Below the pieces are notes generated by a model that worked only from the letters and a program-made list of their open reading frames with translations, had not been told where the DNA came from and searched no databases. The position numbers and the translations under genes were made by a program. 64,000 nt of DNA from an uncultured Planctomycetota bacterium. GTDB taxonomy: Bacteria; Planctomycetota; Planctomycetia; Isosphaerales; Isosphaeraceae. Shown here piece by piece: positions 13,393 through 22,427 of the stretch; position 1 is the stretch's first letter, and every line of letters begins with the position of its first letter. The stretch lies in assembly GCA_963823665.1 (NCBI GenBank), contig CAWGMQ010000010.1, positions 672,001 through 736,000 on the forward strand, given 5' to 3'.

Positions 13393-13831
13393 GACAAGAG
13401 CACTCCTTCCATCGCCCTTGAAGAGTTCGCCTCGAAAAAAGCTTCACCGCGCATCTCTTTGATCGGCCGGAAGCCCCGCGTTTGATTGGCTCACTTCGGC
13501 GGGGAACGACCGAGAAGCCGATCATAATCGAACATCCCGATCCCGGCCACCCTGTTCGCTCCGGAAGGCGTTAAGGCTTAGCCGGGGCTGGTTTTCGCAC
13601 CCTTCGGTGGTCCCTTGGATTTGGGCCGGCGCTTGCCGAACGTGCCCCGGAAGATTTTGCCACGCTTGGAACGCCTGTCACCTTTTCCCATCTGGTTCAC
13701 TCCGAAATATCGTAGTAGACGTTTTTCGTAATTCGCTTGAGTTTCGGCTCTTATCCGATTAGGATAATGAAATCACTGACGTTTGTCGTTTCCCGGACAC
13801 GTCGTCGCTTCCGACGGGAGGAGCTCCGAGT

Positions 13832-16366
13832 ATGGCCCGTCGCACCCTACTCTGTTCAACCTGTAATGCCCTCGGCCTGCTCGTTCTGGCCGGTTGTCAG
13901 GGCAGCAAAGCGCCCACTCCGATCCCCGTCACGCCGGTCGCGGTGCAGAAGGTCACTCCCCCCGCGGCTCAAGCCACGGCCCAGGTCGCTCCGGCGCCGA
14001 AACCGCCGCTGGAGATCACACCCGGGTCGTCAACGATAACGGCAGACGATGCCGGTTTGCAACTCCTGGCGGCGCGAAAAGAGGCAGGTTCGGTGCACGA
14101 CCTGACTGGCGCTGTCAAGTGGAGCATCGAACCACCCGGTCTGGCCGAGATCGAGCAGGGGGGGTATCTCCGGCCCCTGACTGGCGGCGATGTGGTAGTT
14201 CAGGCGGCGTTTGAGGGGCAGACGTGCTCGGCCAAGGTCAAGATCGAGCCTCGTTCGAGCCGCCCGTGGGATTTCGGCCACGACATCATGCCGATCTTGA
14301 GCCGTCTCGGCTGCAATACTGGCGGCTGCCACGGCAGGGCGAGCGGTCAGAACGGGTTCCATCTGTCGATTTTCGGCTACGATTCGGAGGGCGACTTCCT
14401 GGCCCTTGCTCGCGACGCTGGCCAGCGCCGGCTTTCGAAGCTCGCCCCGAAAGACAGCCTGTTTCTCGCCAAGGCTACGGGTCGTATCGCGCATGGCGGC
14501 GGTCTGCGGCTCAAGGTCGGCTCGCCCGAATACCAGACGCTGCTCGCGTGGGTGAGCGACGGCGCCCCGCAAACTCGCGGTAAAGCGCACGGTGCCCTCG
14601 TGAAACTGGCCGTCGAGCCCGACTCTGCCGTTCTGGCCGAGCCCGGCCCGCGCCAGTTTCGGGTGATCGCTCATTTTGCCGATGGCCACGACCGCGACGT
14701 GACGCGGATGGCGTCCTACAAGGTGAATGACGACTCCGCCGCCAGTGCGAATTCCACCGGGAAGGTCACGCTGCTGCGCCGGGCCGAAACCGATTTGATC
14801 GTTCGCTATCAGTCGCATGTGGTCGCCACCCGGCTCACGACGGTCATCAACCCCAGCCTGAGCTTCGATTTCGCGAAGCTCAAGCGGCGCAATTTCATCG
14901 ACGACGAGCTGTTCAAGCGGCTCGAAACCCTCAAGGTGCCGGCCAGCCCGCCCGCGACCGATGCGGCCTTTCTACGCCGCGCGTCACTCGACTTGACGGG
15001 CGAAGCGCCGTCGCCCGACGAGGTGCGGCGATTTCTGGCGGATACCGACGCCGACAAGCGCACCAAGTTGATCGACCACCTGATCAAAACCGACGAGTTC
15101 GTCAAGTTCTGGCGGATCAAGCTGGGTGATCTGCTCCAGATCAGCTCGACGCGCCAGGGTAACGGCGCTTATCGCTACCAGGCATGGATCGACGCGTGCC
15201 TGAACAAGAATCGTCCCTGGGACGAAGTGGTAAAGACGCTCCTCACCGCCATCGGCGACCCGAACGATCTCGAAAAGGGCGGGCCCGTCAACTATGCCGT
15301 CGACGCGCCGGCGCCGAACGTGCAAGCCGAGCTGACAGCGCAGCGGTTCCTCGGCCTTCGGCTCCGCTGCGCCCAGTGTCACGACCATCCGTTCGACGTC
15401 TGGACGCAAGATTCTTATTACGGCCTGGCCTCATTTTTCGCCAAGGTACAGGTCGGCGGCCGTGGCGGCCCGATGATGGGCAAGCAGTTGATCACGATCA
15501 ATCCGGACGGCAAAGTCGTTCATCTTCGCACCCAGAAGCCGGTCGAGCCCACGCTCCTGGACGGCAAGCCCGTCAAGGTGGCCGCGAAGGACGATCCGCG
15601 TAAGACGCTCGCCGACTGGATGATCGCCGCCGACAACCCGTATTTCTCGCGGGCGATGGCCAACTGGGTGTGGGCCCAGCTTTTCAGCAGGGGCCTGGTT
15701 GATCCGCCCGACGATATGAGCCGGGCGAATCCCCCGGTCCACCCCGAGCTGCTCGACGCCCTCGCCAAGCACTTCGTGACCGCGAAGTTCGATTTGCGCA
15801 ACCTGATACGCACGATTGCAACCTCGGAAACCTACGGCCTTTCCGCGGGCACCGTACCGGGCAACGAGCGCGACATTCGCCTCTTCTCACATCATCTGCC
15901 GCGGCCCTTGACGGCGCATCAGATGGCCGACGCCCTGGCTCAGGCGACTGATGTGCCCAATCGTTACCCGGGAGTCAACCCGACCCGGCGGGCGATCGAG
16001 GTGCCCGATCCCTCGTCGGCAAGCTCGATCCTCGATACGTTTGGGCGTTGTTCGCGGGCGGTTTCCTGTGGGACGATCCCCGCGCCCGCACTCACTCTAC
16101 GGCAAGCACTGCTCTTGATCGGCGGCGACGTGATCGAGAGCAAGGTGTCGAGCTTGAACGGCTATCTGGCCAGCGCCTTGAAGCTCGACCTCGAGCCTGA
16201 AGAGCTGGTTGAAAACCTTTATTACCGCACAGTTTGCCGGCCTCCCACGGCGGAAGAGCTTTCGCACTGGTCGGCCGAGCTGAAGAAGGCTTCGTCGCGG
16301 GGCGAAGCCGCCGAAGACCTCTTCTGGGCGCTGCTGAACTCACGCGAGTTTGCCTTTAACCACTAG
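13832..16366 (+). CDS. DUF1549/DUF1553 (PSCyt2/PSD1) domain lipoprotein with Ig-like domains
   Basis: GCNTGGCHG, NFID, FLRRASLDLTG, CAQCHDHPF, NPPVHPELLDALA and DLFWALLNSREFAFNH. Confidence 0.92.
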   Translation: MARRTLLCSTCNALGLLVLAGCQGSKAPTPIPVTPVAVQKVTPPAAQATAQVAPAPKPPLEITPGSSTITADDAGLQLLAARKEAGSVHDLTGAVKWSIEPPGLAEIEQGGYLRPLTGGDVVVQAAFEGQTCSAKVKIEPRSSRPWDFGHDIMPILSRLGCNTGGCHGRASGQNGFHLSIFGYDSEGDFLALARDAGQRRLSKLAPKDSLFLAKATGRIAHGGGLRLKVGSPEYQTLLAWVSDGAPQTRGKAHGALVKLAVEPDSAVLAEPGPRQFRVIAHFADGHDRDVTRMASYKVNDDSAASANSTGKVTLLRRAETDLIVRYQSHVVATRLTTVINPSLSFDFAKLKRRNFIDDELFKRLETLKVPASPPATDAAFLRRASLDLTGEAPSPDEVRRFLADTDADKRTKLIDHLIKTDEFVKFWRIKLGDLLQISSTRQGNGAYRYQAWIDACLNKNRPWDEVVKTLLTAIGDPNDLEKGGPVNYAVDAPAPNVQAELTAQRFLGLRLRCAQCHDHPFDVWTQDSYYGLASFFAKVQVGGRGGPMMGKQLITINPDGKVVHLRTQKPVEPTLLDGKPVKVAAKDDPRKTLADWMIAADNPYFSRAMANWVWAQLFSRGLVDPPDDMSRANPPVHPELLDALAKHFVTAKFDLRNLIRTIATSETYGLSAGTVPGNERDIRLFSHHLPRPLTAHQMADALAQATDVPNRYPGVNPTRRAIEVPDPSSASSILDTFGRCSRAVSCGTIPAPALTLRQALLLIGGDVIESKVSSLNGYLASALKLDLEPEELVENLYYRTVCRPPTAEELSHWSAELKKASSRGEAAEDLFWALLNSREFAFNH

Positions 16367-16437
16367 CGTTCGCAAAGCGCAGGGCAGGGGTTGCCCTGGG
16401 CCGCACCGTCGCCTGCTTTTCGAGAAAGGGAATCGCG

Positions 16438-17767
16438 ATGCGTGGATTACCGAGCCGAGAGCCGTGTCGTGGGCCGAGCCGCCGCGAAGTCCTTCGAGCC
16501 GGCGCGTTGGGATTCCTGGGCCTGGGGCTGGGAGATTGGTTCCGGCTGCGTGCCTTGGCCGGTGGCGACGGGGGCAAGACGCCACGGGCCAAGAGCTGCA
16601 TTCTCGTCTGGCAGGCCGGCGGCCCTTCACACATCGATACGTTCGATCCCAAGCCGGGCGCATCCGCCGACATCAAGGGCGAGTTCAAACCGATCGACAC
16701 AGCGGTGCCTGGCCTGCAAATCAGCGAGGTGTTCCCCAATCTGGCGAAAGTGATGAACAAGGTCACGCTGATCAGGAGCATGACCTCGCCCGAATCGGAC
16801 CATGATCGCGCAGCGCATCACCTGATGACCGGCTATCGCCCGTCGCCTGCGCTGATCTATCCGGGTTATGGCAGTGTGGTGGCCAAGACGCGTGAATCGA
16901 CGCGCGGGATGCTGCCGCCGTTCGTCGCCGTCCCCGATGCGCCGCTTTTCGGCTCGAGCGGGTTTCTCACACCCGCGTACGATCCGTTCGCGGTGCTCAG
17001 CGACCCGAATACGCCGGGCTTCCGGGTGCAGAATCTCACGCCTCCGGACCGGCTCACGCTCGAGCGGCTGCTGCGCCGGCGCGACATGGTCAAGTCGCTC
17101 GACGAGTTCGCTCGTGACGTCTCCGAAACGCCGCTGACGACCAGTCGCGATCAGTTCTCGGAGCGGGCCTATTCCCTGCTCACCTCCAGTACCGCCCAGG
17201 CGGCGTTCAAGATCCAGGAAGAGCCCGAGAAGGTTCGCGACAAGTACGGGCGGACGATGGCGGGCCAGGCGTGCCTCCTCGCTCGCCGCCTGGTTGAGGC
17301 CGGCGTCGGTTTCGTGACGGTGAACGATCGCGGTAGCCGCGCAACTCGGCTGGGATACGCACCAGCAGAATTTCCCCACGATCAAGAACACCCTCGCGCC
17401 TCCGATCGACAAGGGGCTCGCTGCGCTCATCGACGATCTCTCGGAGCGCGGCCTCCTCGAGACGACCCTGGTGGTGGTGATGGGTGAATTCGGCCGCACA
17501 CCCAAGATCAACCCCAACGCGGGCCGCGACCACCACGGCCGTGCCAACTCCGTCCTCCTTTTCGGCGCCGGATTGCCCGGCGGTTTCGTGCTGGGCAAGA
17601 CAGATGCCCATGGCGAGGCGCCCGTCGATCGCCCGGTGACGCCCAACGACCTGGCCTCCGTGCTCTATCACAAGCTGGGCATCGACCCCGAGCTCAAATT
17701 CGAGGCCCCGGACGGCCGCCCGATCCGCATCGTCGAGGAATACAACCCTCCTCGCGAGCTGGTCTAA
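16438..17767 (+). CDS. DUF1501 domain protein (Tat-type signal; frameshift at ~17340)
   Basis: SRREVLRAG, GGPSHIDTFDPKP and LLARRLVEAGV, then WDTH..VVMGEFGRTPKIN..GRDH in the second frame (ORF 17471..17767). Confidence 0.88.
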
Positions 17768-17768
17768 C

Positions 17769-17849
17769 GTAGGTCAGGCTTCAGCCTGACGTATTTCTGT
17801 ATCGCGAGCCGCCGATCAGCTTGGGCGTCAGGCCGCCAGCCTGACGCCC
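17769..17849. repeat. Pair of GTCAGGC-N-GCCTGAC REP-like palindromes
   Basis: GTAGGTCAGGCTTCAGCCTGACG (17769-17791) and GGGCGTCAGGCCGCCAGCCTGACGCCC (17823-17849), immediately after the DUF1501 stop. Confidence 0.75.
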
Positions 17850-18185
17850 GTTATCTGCCTCGCCTCGACCAGTTGAAGGTGCGGGCCATCCGTGGCCCTC
17901 GATGGCCTGATCTGCTTCCCCGCGTGGCCTGCACTTGTGGAGGCCACCAGGGGTCTGGCGGAGCGATCAGGCCGGTTGGCTTGGGATTTGTCGGTGGTAC
18001 CTTGATTCCTGGAAGGTTTTTGGTAAGTGTGGTGATATCAGTGGGTTCCTCGCCCTTTTCGCTCTCATCGATCAAGATCAGAATCCCGAGCATCAGAGAG
18101 GACCGCGTGCGGGACCGCCCCCGGTGTGGTAAACTACTGCGATCGATTCGGAGTGGTCCCCGTTCTCGTCAGGAGCTTAACCCCG

Positions 18186-18545
18186 ATGTCCCAAGGTCCT
18201 CGCCGGCACCTCCGCCTCGAAAACGTTGACGGAGTGACCGTTGTCAGCTTTGTCGAGTCGAAGATCGTCACCGAAGAGAACATCCAGGAAGTCGGCGACC
18301 AGCTCTACAGCCTGGTTGAGGAAGAAGGACACCGGAATCTCCTGCTCAATTTCGGGAACGTTCAATATCTTTCGAGCGCCGCCCTCGGCAAGCTGATCAA
18401 CCTCAAACGAAAAGCGGGAGCGGTCAAAGGCAAGCTCAAGCTTTGCTGCATTCATCCCGACCTCCTCGAGGTCTTTCGCATCACGCGACTTGACCAGGTC
18501 TTTGAGATTTATTCCGACGAGCAGGCCGCGCTCGACAAGTTTTGA
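18186..18545 (+). CDS. STAS domain anti-sigma factor antagonist
   Basis: LLLNFGNVQYLSSAALGKLINL..LKLCCIHPDLLEVFRITRLDQVF. AGGAG precedes the ATG at 18186. Confidence 0.92.
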   Translation: MSQGPRRHLRLENVDGVTVVSFVESKIVTEENIQEVGDQLYSLVEEEGHRNLLLNFGNVQYLSSAALGKLINLKRKAGAVKGKLKLCCIHPDLLEVFRITRLDQVFEIYSDEQAALDKF

Positions 18546-19418
18546 TCGACCACCGCTTCGCCTTGTGCAGCACCCCGAGCGCAGGAAGCTCGAGTGGTCC
18601 TCGTGGAAAGACTGGCCAGATCACGACGGGCACCCAGCGCCTCGGCTTTCGCGGCGCGGGACGTGCTTCCGCCGCGCGTTGCGCCTTGACGCTGTAGCCG
18701 AGGAAATCTGTCTGCCAGGCGCGCCTGAACAATCCCCGCGTTTTCCCGATGATCAGCCGCGCTCCGAGTGTCGCCAGGTCGAGCCTGCGCGGAACGGTCC
18801 ACGGACGAGCCAGCGATCGCCTGGTGATGCGCACGTAGGGCGGCGCACCACGCGGCTGCGCGGTCGCTGTGCCTGGTATGGGCAAATCGCCGTGCGCGGG
18901 CCCGTCCGGCGATCCCGGAATTCCGGCATCGGGGGCAATCGAAGTTCCGGGGGAGATCGGCGTGAATTCGGTTTCGAGCATGGGGATCCTCTCTCAAGGC
19001 GGATGCCATCAGTTGGCCTCCTTTCCCGAGACGATCTACAGAAACGCGCTTTTTTTTGCGAAATTGGCCGCCGGCGGAAAATCGGTGTGCCGGTTACATC
19101 GATCGTGCCGGAAGTGCTCAAGAGAGGGGCCAGTTCAGTGTGATCGTGCTCGCTGCTGCGCACTTCCGCCCGTCACGGTGCGCGGGGGGTTGACAGAGAC
19201 GCCGACGCCGTGGACGATTCGCTTGCTAAGCTTGCGGAATTTCCGATAAGCTGAATCGCAAGGAACCGAAAAGGTTTTCGCTGAGATGTAGACGGCAAAA
19301 CAAGTTACGTTGAGCCGACGCGAGCAAGCGTACTCACCGACGTTCGGTGTAGCGGCCTAATCCAAGAGCGCAAACGGTACAAAATACCGTTTGCGAACCG
19401 TTTTGGAGGGTTCGCGCC

Positions 19419-20529
19419 ATGCCGAAGCTTGTCCACAAACGACCTGCCTACAGTCACCACAAACAATCAAATCGCGGCCGCGTTTGCATCGGGGGAAAAT
19501 ACCACTACCTGCCCGGTGCCTACGACTCGGCTGAGAGCAACGCCGCGTACTGGGCGTTGATCCATCGGCTCGAGAAGGGCGACGTCGTGGACGACGAAGC
19601 GAAGGGCCAGGCGGTCGAAGCTGGCCAGGTGGAGGAGCTCGGATGCGCCACACCTCCTGACGGTGGCGGAGCTGGTCGAGAAGTATGACAAGTATGCGGA
19701 GGGCTACTATCGCCAGTACGGTGAGCCGACAGCCGAGCGCCTCACGATCAAATACGCGATCCAGCCAGTGTTCGACACGCCGCACTACAAGCTTCTGGTT
19801 TCCGAGTTCAGGCCTCGGCACTTGAAGGACGTCCGGAAGGCCATGATTGAACGGAATTGGAGCCGGCGGCACATCAACGCATCCATCGGCCGGTTTCGGC
19901 GGATGTTCGTGTGGGCGGTGGAGGAGGAGTTCTGCTCCGAGGAGGTCGCGGGTGCGCTCATGATGGTGAAGACCCTGCGCGAAGGGCGAAACCCCGCGGT
20001 GCGCGAGAAGGCGGAGGTCAAGGCCGTCTCGAATGAGAATCTGGAGAAGATTCTCCCCTTCGTTTCGCGCGTCGTGGCGGATGTGATCGAGTTCATGCGG
20101 TTGACCGGCTGCCGACCGGGTGAGGTTGAGCGCGTGACGGTCGAAGATATCGACAAGAGCGATCCAGAGTGTTGGAAGTGCGTCATGCTTCGGCACAAGA
20201 CCGCCTACCGCGGCAAACGCCGCACGCTGCACTTCAACCCCAAGTGTCAGGCCGTCTTGACCCGTTGGATCGTCAAGGCGGGCTCTGGGCAGGTGTTTCC
20301 GCTCACGCTGGATGGATTGCAGACGGCAATTTCACGGGCTTGCCATAAGGCTGGCCTCGAGCGCTTTGGACCGAACGCGATTCGACACTTGGTCGGCACT
20401 GAGGCACGGAAAAAGACCGGGCTCGAGGGCGCCCAACATTTGCTTGGCCACGCTAGCGCGAGCACGACGGAAATATACGCTGAGCTGGACGAAGAAAGGG
20501 CGCGCACCGTCGCGCTGGCGATCGGTTAA
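19419..20529 (+). CDS. Tyrosine recombinase / integrase (frameshift at ~19650)
   Basis: N-terminal arm-binding-like PAYSHHKQSNRGRV. Catalytic motifs TGCRPGE, HKT, NAIRH, LLGH and TTEIY. Joins ORFs 19419..19688 and 19663..20529. Confidence 0.9.
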
Positions 20530-20637
20530 TATTGGGTCGACGGCCGGGAGTAGCTACCCGGCTTTAGAACAGCCTCGCGGCGATCACTCCCCTATGGTGT
20601 TCGCCGCGTGGTCTGGTCCCTACATAGGGAGTTCGTC

Positions 20638-21132
20638 ATGGGCATTTCGTTTGAGAAGATTCGGTCGCGAACCAAGTCGGGAGACGGCCTCCGGCGCGAG
20701 AAGCTCGAAGCGTTCATCGCCGAGGTGGACGCAGAACTAAAGTTCATGGCATTTCAGTTCACGGCGCTCGGGATGATCCTGAACCTGCCACATACCGCCA
20801 ATGATCCCGACCAAGCCCAGACGGCCTACGCGGACACGCTCGCGATGCTCAATGAGGTTGAGCGACGGGGCGGCCTCGAGTCAATCTACAGTCGGGCCGT
20901 TGAGTTGCTTGGCCAAGTCGAGGCGCATGAAAGCGTCCCCTCGCGCCGGCGAACCAACAAGGGGGCTGCCGGAAAACACCAGGATCTTGGCGACGGCCTC
21001 AAGGCGATTCGTACCCGATTGGAATATCTCATTGGCGCGTACCCGGAAATTAAGAAGACGCTCGATCGTTATTCTGGCGGAAAGTTCGCTCTTGGGAAGG
21101 TCACGCTAGTTACTGACTTGTGGGGGGATTGA
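20638..21132 (+). CDS. Hypothetical helical protein
   Basis: GGGAG RBS before the ATG at 20638; co-oriented with the integrase. Confidence 0.55.
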   Translation: MGISFEKIRSRTKSGDGLRREKLEAFIAEVDAELKFMAFQFTALGMILNLPHTANDPDQAQTAYADTLAMLNEVERRGGLESIYSRAVELLGQVEAHESVPSRRRTNKGAAGKHQDLGDGLKAIRTRLEYLIGAYPEIKKTLDRYSGGKFALGKVTLVTDLWGD

Positions 21133-21156
21133 CTTTTCGTTACCCCGTGTTAGTAT
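21129..21156 (+). promoter_or_regulatory. Putative sigma70-type promoter for the replication operon
   Basis: TTGACT-N16-TAGTAT upstream of the excisionase-like / primase genes. Confidence 0.4.
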
Positions 21157-21309
21157 CAAGTCGATCCCGTTATCTTTGTCAGATAACGCGGAGTCACGTC
21201 GAGTGATATGAGACCGGCGAGAGGCCGGCTGTCGTTCGACCCGACCGTCCCCTGCGAGCCAGGTGGGGCGGGAAGGGTCACGCAGCCTTCATGCCTTGGA
21301 GCCGGATAG

Positions 21310-21543
21310 ATGAATCCCGCAACTGAGACGCGATCCGCAGAATGGATCACCGGCGCAGCCGCGCGCCACATTCTGGGACGATCCGCCACGGTTCTGCAGC
21401 GCGCTGCAATGTTGGGCCAGATCCGCGTTGCGCTCGATCCCGGCATCCCGCCGCGCTACAACCGCGATGATGTCCAACGGCTCGCGCAGGCCTCGCCGTG
21501 CGCCGAATCCCGCAATTCTCGCGGGGAGCTCCAGCCATCATGA
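21310..21543 (+). CDS. Excisionase-like winged-HTH protein
   Basis: WITGAAARHILGRSATVLQR...PRYNRDDVQRL, a MerR/AlpA-like pattern. ATGA overlap with the next gene. Confidence 0.6.
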   Translation: MNPATETRSAEWITGAAARHILGRSATVLQRAAMLGQIRVALDPGIPPRYNRDDVQRLAQASPCAESRNSRGELQPS

Positions 21544-21845
21544 GCGTCACGGCATACCTGCGCCCGGCGCAGGCGGCAAAAGTCTGGCCGCACACTGGCC
21601 GGCCGCCGCATCCATCAAAAATCGTCCGCGCGATAACTCCCGGCACGAGGTCAATCACCCGTCCGGGTGAGCGGATCAAGCTGCGCGCCATTCGGGACAC
21701 GCAGGGATGGTTGACCACCGCTGAGTGGATCACCGATTTTATCGCCGCGGTGACACTGGATCGGGGCGGCACAAAGCCTCAGCGAAAACTAATCGAGGCC
21801 CGTGCGGAAGATGCGCGAGCCAGGTTAATGGCGAGTGGGTGGTGA
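21540..21845 (+). CDS. DUF1580-like DNA-binding protein
   Basis: AAKVWP..GRPPHPSKIVR...IKLRAIR..GWLTTAEWITDFI, a pattern typical of planctomycete MGE DUF1580 proteins. Confidence 0.6.
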   Translation: MSVTAYLRPAQAAKVWPHTGRPPHPSKIVRAITPGTRSITRPGERIKLRAIRDTQGWLTTAEWITDFIAAVTLDRGGTKPQRKLIEARAEDARARLMASGW

Positions 21846-21849
21846 AGGG

Positions 21850-22224
21850 ATGCCCGCCACGGTTGCACCCGTTGGCGGGCTCGAGTGTTCAACGGAGTCT
21901 TACGAGATGGATGATACGCCAGCAGACAAGCCGACTACAAGACCGCGCCGGCGGACGCATCGTCGCGACAGTGTGGCTAAGAAGTGTGACCACGTGCGAG
22001 CCCTGGCGCTGGTCGCGCTCGACTTGTGGTTGTGTTACTACGGGGCGGGCCCGAGTCAGGTCATAGACCACATGCTTCGGACCCTTGGCGGCGACCAGGG
22101 CGATGAGAAGCTAATCGAGGCAATCTCTCAGGCCGCGCGTCGATGGGCGAAGCGAAGGGGTAGCTACAAGGATTCCGACGCTGACATCATCGTTCGGATC
22201 GCACGGAGGGACGCCGGAAAATGA
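21850..22224 (+). CDS. Hypothetical protein
   Basis: Packed in the operon; ATGA overlap with 22221. Confidence 0.55.
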   Translation: MPATVAPVGGLECSTESYEMDDTPADKPTTRPRRRTHRRDSVAKKCDHVRALALVALDLWLCYYGAGPSQVIDHMLRTLGGDQGDEKLIEAISQAARRWAKRRGSYKDSDADIIVRIARRDAGK

Positions 22225-22427
22225 GTCGTTCCCTCACAGATCAACAAGAGTTCGGATTCATTGCCGAAGCGCAGCCCGCGCCCGAGGCCAAATGCCCGGT
22301 GTGCAGGCGCAAGGCCCGATTCCGGGGCACGGCCGGCATGGAGGATAAGTTCGTCTGCTCGGAACTGACCTGCCGCCAAGAGTTCAGAGTGCTCGATCAC
22401 CGGCGGCCACGGAGGGCGGGCGCATGA
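22221..22427 (+). CDS. Small zinc-ribbon protein
   Basis: CPVC..CSELTC; ATGA overlaps on both sides. Confidence 0.55.
   Translation: MSRSLTDQQEFGFIAEAQPAPEAKCPVCRRKARFRGTAGMEDKFVCSELTCRQEFRVLDHRRPRRAGA

Noticed and set aside
18546..19260. Overlapping ORFs of 126-217 aa between the STAS gene and the integrase
   Set aside because: They have Arg/Pro-rich shadow-like composition and no motifs, so none can be supported as real.
19330..19365. tRNA or tRNA fragment as the integration target
   Set aside because: CGGTGTAGCG resembles a tRNA 5' end, but no T-loop, cloverleaf or CCA follows, and no duplicated tRNA 3' end is seen at the other boundary.
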